Of a stretch of 64,000 bases of DNA, positions 1-9,628 are shown piece after piece. The position numbers and the translations under genes were made by a program. Below the pieces are notes generated by a model. It did not search any database. It was not told where the DNA came from and saw only the letters and a program-made list of their open reading frames with translations. How positions within the stretch are numbered: the stretch's first letter is position 1; every line of letters begins with the position of its first letter. This DNA is from an uncultured Planctomycetaceae bacterium (lineage in GTDB: Bacteria > Planctomycetota > Planctomycetia > Pirellulales > PALSA-1355), in the NCBI GenBank assembly GCA_963785305.1, contig CAWAUV010000007.1, positions 192,001-256,000 of the forward strand. Reading direction: 5' to 3'.

Positions 1-229
1 AAATCACCGACGAGTCGATCGCTGGGCTATCGACTTGGGTCGCCGGCGTCGTCTCCAAGTCGGCCGAATACCACACCGAGCAAGCGATCGTCGAGACGTC
101 GGCCGCCGTGATTGCAATTCCTTCGTTGGCAACGGTGGCGCCAGAACCGGCCTTCGCTACCAGACGAGCTTGGAACGTGTTGTTGTTGCCGATAGGCGAT
201 TGTGTTGTGCTCGCGATAATCAGGCTCAA
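1..229 (-). CDS. Phage virion-like protein, truncated at window edge
   Basis: Frame from TTG at 229 (overlapping the upstream stop) is open to position 1: MSLIIASTTQSPIGNNNTFQARLVAK...; not in the ORF track because no stop lies in the window. Confidence 0.45.
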   Translation of the reverse strand, partial: MSLIIASTTQSPIGNNNTFQARLVAKAGSGATVANEGIAITAADVSTIACSVWYSADLETTPATQVDSPAIDSSVI

Positions 230-402
230 TCAGAACCGCCTTTCGCCGCCGTGGGTCCGGGCACATAGCAGACACCTTCGCGCGGACCGGGTGAATAGCA
301 TACCGAGGCAGTCAATCGAAATGGCCCGATGTTTGCCGCCCCCGTTCGCCAAAAACGGCGAGCCCAGTATCGCGGAGCGAAATATCTGGATGCAAAAAAC
401 AT
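226..402 (-). CDS. Small phage-type protein (58 aa) with aromatic N-terminus
   Basis: ATG overlaps the stop of the 732-aa ORF (TGATG); reads MFFASRYFAPRYWARRFW... Confidence 0.5.
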   Translation of the reverse strand: MFFASRYFAPRYWARRFWRTGAANIGPFRLTASVCYSPGPREGVCYVPGPTAAKGGSD

Positions 403-2600
403 CAGACAGGCACATTGAGGGTTACCATCGATCTGTCGCCAAACGAATCAACCTCCGCCGTAATCCGTGCATTCCCGCTCGGATTTCCGGCCGTCCAGTA
501 CGTGACTGTCGTGCCATTGGCTCCGGTCGCGATCGAGGCACATGCTGACGCAAGGACGGCTAACGCCTGCCTGGCATTCAGTGCTGTGAGTCTCGTGCCG
601 GAATCGTTCGTGAGCGACGAGCTTGCCGTGATCCCGGACTCGATCAGCACGCTGTCGAGCCCGTTGGCCGCGAGAACGACCCCTACGTGTAGTGCGTCCA
701 AATATCCAGCGCGCGTCGCCGTGTACCCCTGATTCGCCAACCCGGTTTGAACGGCCGCGGCGACGGCGCTCGATCCAGTTTGCGTCACAGCAGTGGCAGC
801 CGATGTCGCTGCGTTCGCTGCTTGCGTGGAGGCCGTCGCCGCGTTGGTGTTGATCGTGCCGATGCGCGTGTCGCCCAATGCCGTGAGCCCGGCGCCAGAG
901 GTTCCAATAGTTGTCGCGATCGCGGCGGCGTCCGTCGCTGCTGTCGAAGCGCTCGCTGCGGTCGCATTCAATGTGCTGCGGTCGGTGGTCGTAAAATACG
1001 CCATAACCTGCTGAGTGACCCACGATTGGCCGCCGATGATTTGCGTGCCCTCGCTCGTGGACGCCGTCACTTCCCAAATCAACAGCACTTCAGTGTCCGT
1101 CGAATTGATCGTCGCCGTGAATGTGTATTTGCCTGTCGCGGCATTGGTGATCGAGCTTAGCCGCGCCGCGTAGCTGTTCCCGGCCGGATCCTTGACGGTG
1201 ACTGTCGGCCCGCTTGTGACGTTGACCATGACGCCAGCGGAATTGCGCAGATAGATGGTGAGCGGATAGGCAGTCGAACCGCTCGATGGGATTTGAATCG
1301 CTGGGGGAAGCGACAGGCTGATCGTGGTGTTGTTCTGAATGACCTGGACGTCGGACTGCGCCGCTATCTGACCGCTGATGGCGGCAAGCTTGGTCGAGAA
1401 TAGCCATCCAAAGCTGTTAGTCACGTGGTTGAGGTTGGATATCAATGCCTCCCAGATTCCGAAGACGAAAATATTTACGGCCATCGCATTTGGAGAATCG
1501 ACAAGGTCTTGCTGCGAGCCGGGGTATGATCGGCTACTGACCGCCGCGTCGAGATAGTTCAGCCGCGAATCGACCTTCGACACTGGCGGAATGTTGAGCG
1601 AGCCGATGTTGAAAGCTGGCGTGCCGGTAAGGTTTCCGGCTGTCCAGGTGACCGCATAAACCGCGTTCGCGCTCGCGTCGCCGCTTCCCGATACATAGGC
1701 CACGCTGGCGACCGGCCAGCCTTGCGATAAGAACGCGGCCTGAATCGACGACGAAGGATCGTCGTAGGGAATGCCGAGCATGCTCGAACCGGAGCTAGGG
1801 CCGAGCTGCCATGCGCCGGCGTTGGCATTCGTCAGAGTGAGCGAGAACTGCTGCTGCACTGCTGAAGTGCCATCCGAGAAATAATTAAACTGCCCGTCGT
1901 TAGAATCGCCCACATACCATCCAAACCAAACCGTCAGGGCGTCGCCGACGTTAAAGGCGGTCGTCGGATATAGGGCATTGGCGTTGAACAGAACTGGCCC
2001 GCTTCCGCCGCTGAATTGCCCCGCCATTTGCGCGAAGGTGGTTCCGTCAAGGAACTGGGCGTAGCCCGAGTTTCCCGACATTGTGCTGATGTCACCGCTA
2101 TGGTCGTTCCCGTCGGAGTCCGCGGTATTGATATACATCGCTCCGCCTCCGGCGAAATAGGCGTCGCCGGGGTTGGGGCATGTCGGGTCCGATTGGAGCG
2201 TCCATGTGTTGCCGGAAGTCCCGCTCTCGAAGTAACTGGTCGCGTTGAGCGAGAACGGGTCTGAGCCGATGCTGCCCGGGGAAGATGCGGTCAGAGTTAC
2301 TGGAGTTCCATAGTTTTGGATCGGGCCGCCGCTAGCGACCCAAGGAACATCGTTCACCGCGAGAATGCCAGTGATCTGCGAGGCGGTCGCCCAGATCGGA
2401 ATGTAGATATAGTTTCCGCTGTACTGCCAGACTGCCCATCCATTTGCGCAGCCAGCCACCGAGGCGCTGACCTGAAACTGCACCGATGCTGCCGAGCCAG
2501 CGCTGCCCGCGTTCGTCTCGACAAGCTCCACGTCGGAGCCGTCGGCGATGTACGGGCGCCCCAGTTGTCTACCGGCGCTGTCATTCCTTGTTGCTCTCAA
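402..2600 (-). CDS. Large Ser/Thr/Ala/Gly-rich phage virion or tail-fibre/adhesin-like protein
   Basis: 732-aa ORF with beta-rich N-terminal part, Ig-like segment and Ala/Thr-rich stalk; lies in the prophage-like element; start uncertain. Confidence 0.55.
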   Translation of the reverse strand: MRATRNDSAGRQLGRPYIADGSDVELVETNAGSAGSAASVQFQVSASVAGCANGWAVWQYSGNYIYIPIWATASQITGILAVNDVPWVASGGPIQNYGTPVTLTASSPGSIGSDPFSLNATSYFESGTSGNTWTLQSDPTCPNPGDAYFAGGGAMYINTADSDGNDHSGDISTMSGNSGYAQFLDGTTFAQMAGQFSGGSGPVLFNANALYPTTAFNVGDALTVWFGWYVGDSNDGQFNYFSDGTSAVQQQFSLTLTNANAGAWQLGPSSGSSMLGIPYDDPSSSIQAAFLSQGWPVASVAYVSGSGDASANAVYAVTWTAGNLTGTPAFNIGSLNIPPVSKVDSRLNYLDAAVSSRSYPGSQQDLVDSPNAMAVNIFVFGIWEALISNLNHVTNSFGWLFSTKLAAISGQIAAQSDVQVIQNNTTISLSLPPAIQIPSSGSTAYPLTIYLRNSAGVMVNVTSGPTVTVKDPAGNSYAARLSSITNAATGKYTFTATINSTDTEVLLIWEVTASTSEGTQIIGGQSWVTQQVMAYFTTTDRSTLNATAASASTAATDAAAIATTIGTSGAGLTALGDTRIGTINTNAATASTQAANAATSAATAVTQTGSSAVAAAVQTGLANQGYTATRAGYLDALHVGVVLAANGLDSVLIESGITASSSLTNDSGTRLTALNARQALAVLASACASIATGANGTTVTYWTAGNPSGNARITAEVDSFGDRSMVTLNVPV

Positions 2601-2758
2601 TGGAAACAGCGAATCGACAGTCCTTCCCGTTCGGGGAGATTTCGACGCCAGCGGCGCTTTCCCGATCGCGAAGAACGCGGCATGCGTAAACGCTTGCCAT
2701 CAACCAGATTTTACGGATTGCGCGGCTTCGTCTCTGGTCGCTACCAACTACTGTATGA

Positions 2759-2977
2759 CTATTTTTTTCTGAACCGGCGCCGCTGCCTCGGAGCCTGCGA
2801 CAGTGGCAATGTTATTGGCGGTTGGTCGGAACGGTAACCGCAACCACGACAGCCGATATAGCGCCGGCGGGTGTTGAGTATTACCTTGCTGTCGACCACC
2901 TGTAGGAAGCGCTTATGGCATTTTGGACATTCCATCCCCAGATGATCTCGCTGCCCATCGCTTGATCTACGATCCAT
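2759..2977 (-). CDS. Zn-ribbon protein, Ogr/Delta-like transcriptional regulator
   Basis: CPKC...RRRY..CRGC motif, basic C-terminus, GGAG SD 7 nt before ATG. Confidence 0.55.
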   Translation of the reverse strand: MDRRSSDGQRDHLGMECPKCHKRFLQVVDSKVILNTRRRYIGCRGCGYRSDQPPITLPLSQAPRQRRRFRKK

Positions 2978-2992
2978 CGCCGTTCTCCTGCA

Positions 2993-3163
2993 CTAAAACG
3001 GAATTCCATCATCGCCAGGCCCGGCTTTCGGCAGCAGCCGCACGGGCCGATTCCCATTCCGGCTCGCGCCGCTGGTTTCCTGCGCTGCCGCCTCGAACAC
3101 GGTCCCGACCAGAGCCGCCAGAGCGCCCGTTGCCCGAAGCGCCGAGCGGTTGAATGAACTCAT
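2993..3163 (-). CDS. Small protein ending in an SSB-like acidic tail (DDGIPF)
   Basis: GGAG SD 9 nt before ATG at 3163; C-terminus GPGDDGIPF. Confidence 0.45.
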   Translation of the reverse strand: MSSFNRSALRATGALAALVGTVFEAAAQETSGASRNGNRPVRLLPKAGPGDDGIPF

Positions 3164-3205
3164 CGAATACATCTCCGGGTTGGTGTTAATTTGGAAAAAG
3201 TTGTC

Positions 3206-3418
3206 TTTGGGACATAAAGGACGTTTGGGACGGGGTCTTGAAAACCCCATAGCGTGCGCGTGCGCCTGCGCGCGTGCGCACGTGTAGGATGTCCGAAAAA
3301 AAGCGTCCCAAACGTCCCAAAGTCGAGCATCCTAAACCCCAGCCTTGATTTACGTCCTGAAACAAGTGTCCCAATTGCGTCCCATTCGGGACATTTGGGA
3401 CGGCATCTTGAAAACCCC
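3206..3418. repeat. Iteron-like repeat cluster, putative origin of the element
   Basis: TTTGGGAC at 3206, 3224 and 3394; inverted GTCCCAAA at 3305 and 3314; 25-bp near-direct repeat 3224-3248/3394-3418; alternating purine-pyrimidine tract 3252-3285. Confidence 0.6.
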
Positions 3419-5871
3419 TATGGGGCCCATTCTCGCGAGTCGGACCTATATCCCGCATGTCTCATTTGTTCAGGAAGGTCATAGTGGACCGGGCGTGCCA
3501 GCGTTCCAACCCAAAGGATGCCGCGCCCCTGTGCGCGGGAGGGGTTCGGCTTCAGGTGCTTAGATACGCCTTCCGAGTCCCACTGTTCGATCTTTCGAAT
3601 GACCTCGGCGCGCCGCTGATTGGAATGATTGGCCTCATTCACCCAAGCGACAGCCAGGTCCGCGGCGATATGCACTGTGTCGGTTTCCGGCGTGTAGCCA
3701 TAGCCGTGAAGCTTCTGGGCGAAATGATCCTCCACGTAGCCCGCTTCCTCGTCGTCCGAATTGATAGCATCGCGACGCTCGACAATGACTCGCTGGGCGT
3801 CTGCCGGCTCCGGCAACCGCGACAAAACCTCTTTCTCCCACGTTCCCCATCGCGTATAGCCTGGCATTTTCGCCCGTGAACCTTGGAAAAACGCCGCGAT
3901 GTCCGCGATGATTTCCCAGCGATTTCGATCGACGTAGGCTTTGGCCTCATCCTCCCAATCGCCAGAATGCACGGGCTTCGCGAGCTTGACCATCACGACG
4001 CGCTGGGCCATGTCCTTCGACATGGTCGGCCCATTGAGCGTCAGACACCACAGAAGCGTGTTCGGCCGCGTGCGGTCGCCTTTGTACATTTGATGACCCG
4101 AGATCCCCGGCGCCGTGATTAACGATTCGAGTTCCGCCCAACTCAGTCGGTTGGTTTTCACATTGTCGAACAGGACGATCCGCTTCGTCAGCGATTCCGG
4201 CGTCAGCAACCTCTTTGTGATTTCCGACGCCTTGTCGTCCTTTGAGATCGCGAACAGGCCGCCGACAAGCCGCCCTATCAACTCGACCAGTTTGCTCTTG
4301 CCGACGCCGCGGCCAGCATCCGACACGATGACAAACGCGGGCCTGTCGCCCCCGCCTCCGCCCCAGAACGCCGTGGCGAACATGGCACGCATTAGGTCGG
4401 CGTCGATCGTCGTTTCGGGACAAAACATGGCCAGCAGTGCATCGAGCGCACGGCCGTTGCCCGGCTCGATTGGGCCATGTGAATAATAGTGGCCATCAAT
4501 CGGCGGGAAGTGCGGCAAATCCTCGATCGCCTTATAGGCCGTGGCCGTCCTCTGAAGTTCCGAAAACAACTCATCTTGGGTCGCGCAGCTCGGCCCACGA
4601 TGCCAAACCACTTTCGGCCGTTGGCTTCGAAGCCAGCCGAAGAGTTCGGCGGACCTACCCAAAGTGGCAAGGCCATGAAGGGGGTCATCGCAAAAGAGCG
4701 TGTTATTTACGCGGCGGGGCCATCCGTTCGTCTGCTGCATAAGACGGCTCATGATCTGCGCCATCGAAAACGGGAATGTCTCGGGAGTTTCGCCCCCCAC
4801 CTTAACCGCGTTGGTAACGAAGCTCAGATCGAGCACTGTGGCTGCGCCCTGATCCGCGTCGATGGCTTGCTTCGTGATCTTGTCGCCGTAGCCCTGCTTG
4901 GCCAAGTCGTGCGCCGCTGCGGCGAAATCGCCAGCATGAATTAGAACGGCCCAGGCTGCGAATTTCGAATAACTGCCGCATACCTTCCCAACCGGTATCT
5001 CGAAGGGGCAAGCCGAACTGCTGAACACGCAAAACAGGTCATTGCCGGCGACGCTCACGTTTCCCGTTGTCGCTGACCATGCGAAGTCCTTCCCTGGGCG
5101 CCGCCAGTAGCAGCGACCACCGCTTGAGTGCGTTTTCACCCATCCCGCGGGCTCCAGAACTTCTTCCCACATTGCCCGCCGGTTGAAGTCGTCGCCCGGA
5201 GATAAACAGCCTTGTGCTCGCGGAGTCGATTCTGCGGAACCGGCGGACTCGTCAAAGACTTCGCTGAATGATCGCGCCACCATGAACAGCGCGGCGCGCT
5301 GCTCCGGCGCAATTCGCGGGACGTCGACAACATGGGGGCCGCTGAAATGCACGTATAAGCCACCAAGTTTGTGGCACGCCGCTGGAGAGCCTGGCGCCAC
5401 AACGTAACCACCTTCTCCACGTGTCTCGAAAAGTGCCTTTTGGCGTGGTCGGCCTTCGTCGTTAATCCAACGCCGGATCGCCAGTTTTTGATTCCCTTCG
5501 ACCTCGTCGCATCGGTAGAAAACCTGATAATTGCCGCCACCGGTCTGGTGAATCGGCAGCCGGCTTATCAGGCCTGGAACGAGGCGCTCGACTTCGGTGC
5601 GGAACGGCATGAAGAGCGTGGCCTCGTCGATGTCGATCACCTCAAGGTTGCCGGAGACCGCACCGCAGATTATTCCGACGCCGAGCGTGTCGCGGTCGTA
5701 CCATTTTCGGACGGTCGGTTCGTCGGCAATTTGCGATTGAAACTGCTTCCATTTGAACGGTGGCGCCTTGCTGCCGTCCGGGAGGATCGGGATCACCGCC
5801 AAACCGGCATTGCGATATTTCATCGCTATGGAGAGCGGCGTGGTCGCGTCGCCCTGATCGCTTGAAATCAT
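3418..5871 (-). CDS. Bifunctional DNA primase/polymerase (Prim-Pol) fused to P-loop helicase
   Basis: N-terminal LAVIPI..GSKAP..KWK, VIDID and ETRGEGGYVVAPGS Prim-Pol motifs; C-terminal Walker A GRGVGKS and Walker B IVLFDN. Confidence 0.85.
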   Translation of the reverse strand: MISSDQGDATTPLSIAMKYRNAGLAVIPILPDGSKAPPFKWKQFQSQIADEPTVRKWYDRDTLGVGIICGAVSGNLEVIDIDEATLFMPFRTEVERLVPGLISRLPIHQTGGGNYQVFYRCDEVEGNQKLAIRRWINDEGRPRQKALFETRGEGGYVVAPGSPAACHKLGGLYVHFSGPHVVDVPRIAPEQRAALFMVARSFSEVFDESAGSAESTPRAQGCLSPGDDFNRRAMWEEVLEPAGWVKTHSSGGRCYWRRPGKDFAWSATTGNVSVAGNDLFCVFSSSACPFEIPVGKVCGSYSKFAAWAVLIHAGDFAAAAHDLAKQGYGDKITKQAIDADQGAATVLDLSFVTNAVKVGGETPETFPFSMAQIMSRLMQQTNGWPRRVNNTLFCDDPLHGLATLGRSAELFGWLRSQRPKVVWHRGPSCATQDELFSELQRTATAYKAIEDLPHFPPIDGHYYSHGPIEPGNGRALDALLAMFCPETTIDADLMRAMFATAFWGGGGGDRPAFVIVSDAGRGVGKSKLVELIGRLVGGLFAISKDDKASEITKRLLTPESLTKRIVLFDNVKTNRLSWAELESLITAPGISGHQMYKGDRTRPNTLLWCLTLNGPTMSKDMAQRVVMVKLAKPVHSGDWEDEAKAYVDRNRWEIIADIAAFFQGSRAKMPGYTRWGTWEKEVLSRLPEPADAQRVIVERRDAINSDDEEAGYVEDHFAQKLHGYGYTPETDTVHIAADLAVAWVNEANHSNQRRAEVIRKIEQWDSEGVSKHLKPNPSRAQGRGILWVGTLARPVHYDLPEQMRHAGYRSDSREWAP

Positions 5872-6250
5872 CACGCCGTTGCCCCTAAGGTCTCTGCCAG
5901 TTCGTGTTGGAGAACGTCGGCAGCCAGACCACAGGCCGCGCATGACCGCCTTCGCGCTGCGCAAAAAAGGATCGGCGACATGATCGATCGGCCGCCCTGA
6001 CGATCACCCGCCAGAACGAACGGGATGGCCACGCCGATCCATCGATAGATCGATGCGAGAACCGCCTTTGACTTGCTTCCCGAGAGTCGATTTTTGCGAT
6101 TAGCCTTAGTAGAATCCATCCACGCGATTCAATTCTATGAACAGGCCAGGGACTAGGGTTCGTGGCCTCTTCGCTTGCGCCAACATCGCGGCGTCGGCTT
6201 GCCTGGCATCCTGTTTGTCGTCGGGCCGTTGCGGCCCGAATCAAGCGTAA

Positions 6251-6862
6251 TTAAAAGGTTGGGCGATCCTCCGGCGCGATCCATCCATCGAAGCCGTCAT
6301 CATCGGCATCGCCGGCGAACGCTGCCTTGAAGCCGAGCGTCGATCCTGTTCGGCGCAGCCGCGAAAGATTGGCGCCATCCTCTTCAAGCTCGTATTTCAG
6401 GATGTGGCGGCGCTGCTCGAACTCTTCCTGAATGTCGATGATGTCCCACGACTCATGGCCAGCAAGCAATAGAACGCGGCGGATGAACTTGCAGGCCGCG
6501 ATCACGAGGCGGTAATAGATCACCTTGCGACTGCCTTGCGCGACACGCTGCGCAATGGAGCGCTCCCGACCAAGTGACTGATCGCGAAGGCGCTCCGCGA
6601 GCATATAGAGCCGAAGCACCAGCACGTCGTAGGGCTCCGCCGTCTCATCCTGGCCGGCCAGCCGAACACGAGCCGATTCGATCAGGTCGGCGCGTTCGTC
6701 GGCGTCGATCAGGTCGGCAACGCCATCGCTCTCCAGCATGCCGATGCCGCGATTCAAGAGCGTGTCCGGAAAAGGCGTGCGCAGCACGCGTCGCATTTTG
6801 TTCGCGAAAGCTAGACGTCGATCACGCATGATATCGCTCCATCGGTTTGGTGGTGGCGGCAC
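6251..6862 (-). CDS. Hypothetical protein of the prophage-like element
   Basis: 203-aa ORF co-oriented between the DUF1580 and primase genes. Confidence 0.55.
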   Translation of the reverse strand: MPPPPNRWSDIMRDRRLAFANKMRRVLRTPFPDTLLNRGIGMLESDGVADLIDADERADLIESARVRLAGQDETAEPYDVLVLRLYMLAERLRDQSLGRERSIAQRVAQGSRKVIYYRLVIAACKFIRRVLLLAGHESWDIIDIQEEFEQRRHILKYELEEDGANLSRLRRTGSTLGFKAAFAGDADDDGFDGWIAPEDRPTF

Positions 6863-6877
6863 GAGTAAAAAGCCGGA

Positions 6878-7186
6878 TTACAACCCCATCGCGGCTAGCT
6901 CGGCTTCCGCCGCAGCGATGGACCGCTGTGTGCTGGCGGTCGGCTGGGCGGGGAGCTGCGTGCCGTTGGCTTGCGCGGTGAGCGCCGCAAAGAATCGGTC
7001 CAAGGCCTCGCGACTGGTGAATCGCGAGCCGCCGACCTGTATGAACTCAAGCTTCACGCCGCGGCAACCCGACGACATCCAGCGGTAGATGCAGCTTGTG
7101 TTAACCGGGCGCCCCATTCGGCGATGGGGAAGAGATTTCGCGGCTTCAGAGGGCGAGATAAGGTTTTCGGTGTTCTTGTCGACCAC
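6878..7186 (-). CDS. DUF1580-type HTH protein (excisionase-like)
   Basis: LISPSEAAKSLP...IYRWMSSGCRGVKLEFIQVGGSRFTSREALDRF signature; near the integrase. Confidence 0.8.
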   Translation of the reverse strand: MVDKNTENLISPSEAAKSLPHRRMGRPVNTSCIYRWMSSGCRGVKLEFIQVGGSRFTSREALDRFFAALTAQANGTQLPAQPTASTQRSIAAAEAELAAMGL

Positions 7187-7295
7187 GGCAATACTCCACA
7201 GTGAAAGAGCGAATTCGCGTCACTGTGGAAATTGTGCGTTTCGTGGGGCGGCTAACAAGAAAGCAAAGGAAAGGCTTGCGAGCGCTTTCCTTTCG

Positions 7296-8339
7296 TCAGG
7301 AGCGTCGTCGGATTTTGGGAAGTTCGGTCCGCCGTGCATGTCCATCCGCGGCGAACCGCAGGCCGGCGTGCGTCGTGATCGGCTCCCACGACTCGTCTTT
7401 CGAGGGAAGGAGCATCAGAACTTCCTTGTATGGCATGCCCTCGGAGAGCTTTTCGTAAATCCAGGAGTCACGGTCTTCGTTCGCGCTTGCCGAGCCACTC
7501 GGTTTGTCTTCTTCGTCATCCTCGTTAGTGGACGTGAAAAGTGATGGCGTGGGCATGGCATGTCCTTGGAAATCCCACGGACCTGCGGCTTGGTCAAAAG
7601 CATTCTTATGGCCGGTTGTCCTGCGACGAAAGATAGCTGTCAATAGTTCTCGTTCAAGCATCGCCTTAATGCGGTTGGCGTCGTCCTTGATAGGAAGCGT
7701 CATATCTAAGTAAATCGTTTCGATCAACTCTGGAAGGATCCCGAGCACACGTTCGGGTTCGTTTTCAAAGTGGTAAATTTTCGGCCCGGTACAGCAATCT
7801 TCGTTAGAATAACACTCGACGAAGTTTGAAACGTCGCTGATGAATGCCCCACTGATGGAAAGAACAAGTCCGTGCGCGCTCGAACCCACGCAACTTTGCC
7901 ACTCGGCGACGCCATCCGAGGCGGCTGCGAACTCTTCATCCGCGAATCCCATAATGTGCCGTAGAACGGCGACCTTCGTTAACACGCCTCGAATACCATT
8001 GGTGACGTTTTGTATACGACTGGAAAGCCCTCCGTGGTGACGGCGCTCTTCCATGTATTTTTCGATATCAAAATCAGAGTCCAAAAAGGTCTCGTCGTTA
8101 TTGAGTTCTTCGCATTTGTCTCTGAGAAAACCGAAAGAGACAAGCAGCCTCCAAGCACAACTCGATGCGGCATGAAGGCTCGAAGCGCCAAGGAATATTT
8201 CGTCAACGTAGGGCCCGGCCGCGATGATCGCGTCGGCGTTATTGGCTACCTGGGGTAGCTCGCAGGCAATGTAAGTTCTTAGGCGCTCCGCGGGATCGAC
8301 GTTATCGCGCGCCGGCTTGTGGGAATGATGATGCGCCAT
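7296..8339 (-). CDS. Hypothetical protein, lower GC than flanks
   Basis: Long ORF; probable start MAHHHSHK after a GGAG SD; no recognised motif. Confidence 0.6.
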   Translation of the reverse strand: MAHHHSHKPARDNVDPAERLRTYIACELPQVANNADAIIAAGPYVDEIFLGASSLHAASSCAWRLLVSFGFLRDKCEELNNDETFLDSDFDIEKYMEERRHHGGLSSRIQNVTNGIRGVLTKVAVLRHIMGFADEEFAAASDGVAEWQSCVGSSAHGLVLSISGAFISDVSNFVECYSNEDCCTGPKIYHFENEPERVLGILPELIETIYLDMTLPIKDDANRIKAMLERELLTAIFRRRTTGHKNAFDQAAGPWDFQGHAMPTPSLFTSTNEDDEEDKPSGSASANEDRDSWIYEKLSEGMPYKEVLMLLPSKDESWEPITTHAGLRFAADGHARRTELPKIRRRS

Positions 8340-8401
8340 ATCTATTTCTCCAAGAATACTTGCGGCCACCGGATGATGTGCTCCGGCGTCAGGGAGGTGA
8401 T

Positions 8402-9628
8402 TCAACCGATTCTTTCCATAACCTGGCACGCGAGCGCGCTATTGCGCTCAGCATAAATCTGCGTGACGTCGGCTTTGCTGTGCCCCAGGACGACTTGGGC
8501 GGCCTCCAGGCCGAATGTCTTCCTAATCTCCGTCGCCGCGGCATGGCGCAGTTGGTTCGGCGCCCAACGATGCGAATCGCGCCAATCGCGTGCCGCTGCG
8601 TGATCGACCCCGTCTGGAACTGGATAGGCCGCGTCGCATGCACGACGTAGAGCCCTGGCATAGGAATCTTTGCTGTACTGGCCAGTAGGGCGGCGGAGCG
8701 GCGCCGCCTTACGGCGGTCAATCTGAGATGGCTGAACTTTCGTTTTGCGATTGTCGCGGAGCTGCTGCTTACGACGTCGCTCGCTATCCGCAGGGGTGAA
8801 GCAAAAAGCGTCGTCGGCGCGAAGCAAATAAGGAAGCAAGATCGCCTGCGCTCTGGGGCCGATGAAGATCACACGCTCTTGACCGTGATGCTCAGTCTTA
8901 TGAGATGCGGGACGGAATTTCCACACGGAAGCCGAACGGTCGACGTCGCAGGGCCGAAGATTGCAAACTTCGCCGGGCCGACATCCCGCAAGTCGCTGGA
9001 ATCGTGCCATGTCAGCAACGACAGACGGAAGGAAGCGGGCAATTTCGTCGAGCAGGTTATCGGGGGCCGACATAACAGGTTTGGACTCGCGAGCCTCTGT
9101 GCGCCCTCGCTGGAGGCCAGCGACCGTTTCGAGCCCCTGGATTACGCTCGGCGGACAAAGCTGCTCGGAAACTGCCCAACGAAAAATGCGCTTTATGCGG
9201 CCGATCCGCGAATTGACTTGTGTCCGGCAGAGCCCATCGTCAATCATTTGTTTTTGAACGGCCTTAAGGGCAATCGGCCCGAAGTCCGAAAGGCGCGTGT
9301 GGCCATAGAGACGCTTGAGCGGGACTGAGGCGAATTTGATGTTATCGACCTCGTGGGTCACCTGTCCATTTTTTCGATAATGGACTTTGGCATGACGAAA
9401 AAACCGGGCGAGAACCTCGACGATCGTCAGATCGCCAATCTCGGACTGTGGGGACGGCAGGCGCCGGCCGCCCGCGAGCCATTCGGCGATGAGCCTATCG
9501 TACTCGCGCTTGCTTGTGCGAGTGCCGTGGACGCCTAGATAGACCTCGTTGCCGTTCAAACGAACGACAGCTTGACCAGAGGCCTTATGGAGCCGGTAGC
9601 GTGGAAATGAACTTGTGAGTCGAGGCAT
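8402..9628 (-). CDS. Tyrosine recombinase / phage integrase
   Basis: Catalytic motifs GCRPGE, HKT, PNQLRH, LGH, IYA; immediately downstream of the tRNA-Asp 3' end. Confidence 0.93.
   Translation of the reverse strand: MPRLTSSFPRYRLHKASGQAVVRLNGNEVYLGVHGTRTSKREYDRLIAEWLAGGRRLPSPQSEIGDLTIVEVLARFFRHAKVHYRKNGQVTHEVDNIKFASVPLKRLYGHTRLSDFGPIALKAVQKQMIDDGLCRTQVNSRIGRIKRIFRWAVSEQLCPPSVIQGLETVAGLQRGRTEARESKPVMSAPDNLLDEIARFLPSVVADMARFQRLAGCRPGEVCNLRPCDVDRSASVWKFRPASHKTEHHGQERVIFIGPRAQAILLPYLLRADDAFCFTPADSERRRKQQLRDNRKTKVQPSQIDRRKAAPLRRPTGQYSKDSYARALRRACDAAYPVPDGVDHAAARDWRDSHRWAPNQLRHAAATEIRKTFGLEAAQVVLGHSKADVTQIYAERNSALACQVMERIG

Noticed and set aside
3206..3418. CRISPR array
   Set aside because: Repeats are short, in both orientations and irregularly spaced; no cas genes in the window.
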